Below are positions 46,859 through 46,987 of a stretch of DNA of 46,987 bases, piece after piece. This DNA comes from Patescibacteria group bacterium. Its GTDB lineage: Bacteria > Patescibacteriota > JAHJAL01. How positions within the stretch are numbered: the first letter of the stretch is position 1; every line of letters begins with the position of its first letter. Under the pieces are notes generated by a model. The model was not told the DNA's origin. It made no database searches and saw nothing but the letters and a program-made list of their open reading frames with translations. Position numbers and translations under genes: made by a program. Where the stretch lies: NCBI GenBank assembly GCA_049322675.1, contig JBMORM010000022.1:1-46987 (forward strand), written 5' to 3'.

Positions 46859-46987
46859 AATTTCCAATTTTCAATTCTCAATTTTCAAACGATATTTTGT
46901 TGGGATATTTGAGAGGGATATTTAATAGTGAAGAATAAAAAATAATGTATTTGGAAATTGATCATCGGAAATTTTTTGAAAATTGGA
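46859..46987. repeat. Heptamer hairpin element (truncated by window end)
   Basis: aatttccaattttcaattctcaattttcaaac ... ttggaaattgatcatcggaaatt... Confidence 0.8.

Noticed and set aside
1-46987. Alternative genetic code (TGA=Gly) and tRNA/rRNA genes
   Set aside because: TGA ends tsaD and pilin genes at the expected positions and long ORFs are intact under code 11. No cloverleaf or rRNA-like sequence was recognised in the intergenic gaps.

Overview
AT-rich bacterial window with strong G/T skew on the + strand. It uses the standard code (TGA acts as stop) and its gene content suggests Patescibacteria/CPR (inference). The left half holds housekeeping and envelope genes: pepA, a 1432-aa surface protein, murE, a FemABX-family transferase, tsaD, valS, a TPR protein and a DUF2079-like membrane protein. 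The right half (19.8-46.8 kb, all minus strand) is a CPR-type type IV secretion/pilus locus: galU, a solute-binding protein, eight tandem VirB2/TrbC-like pilins, two VirB6-like paralogues (one split by an in-frame TAA), PrgI, a TraC-like protein, VirB4, a four-domain peptidoglycan hydrolase, a beta-propeller protein, a 1904-aa protein and a PilB/GspE ATPase. The most unusual signal is a set of nested small repeat elements. Hairpins built from (AATTTCC)n...(GGAAATT)n sit at many gene junctions. The same heptamer tracts carry a 31-nt CCCTCACGGGACCGAACTGCTGCTGGCAATT unit, GTAG-type REP palindromes or a GTGTCATCCTGG palindrome. Composite heptamer+REP modules are inserted in frame, without stop codons, four times in tsaD (507 aa against the usual ~340) and twice in valS. 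No tRNA, rRNA, CRISPR array, transposase, relaxase or VirD4 was recognised.
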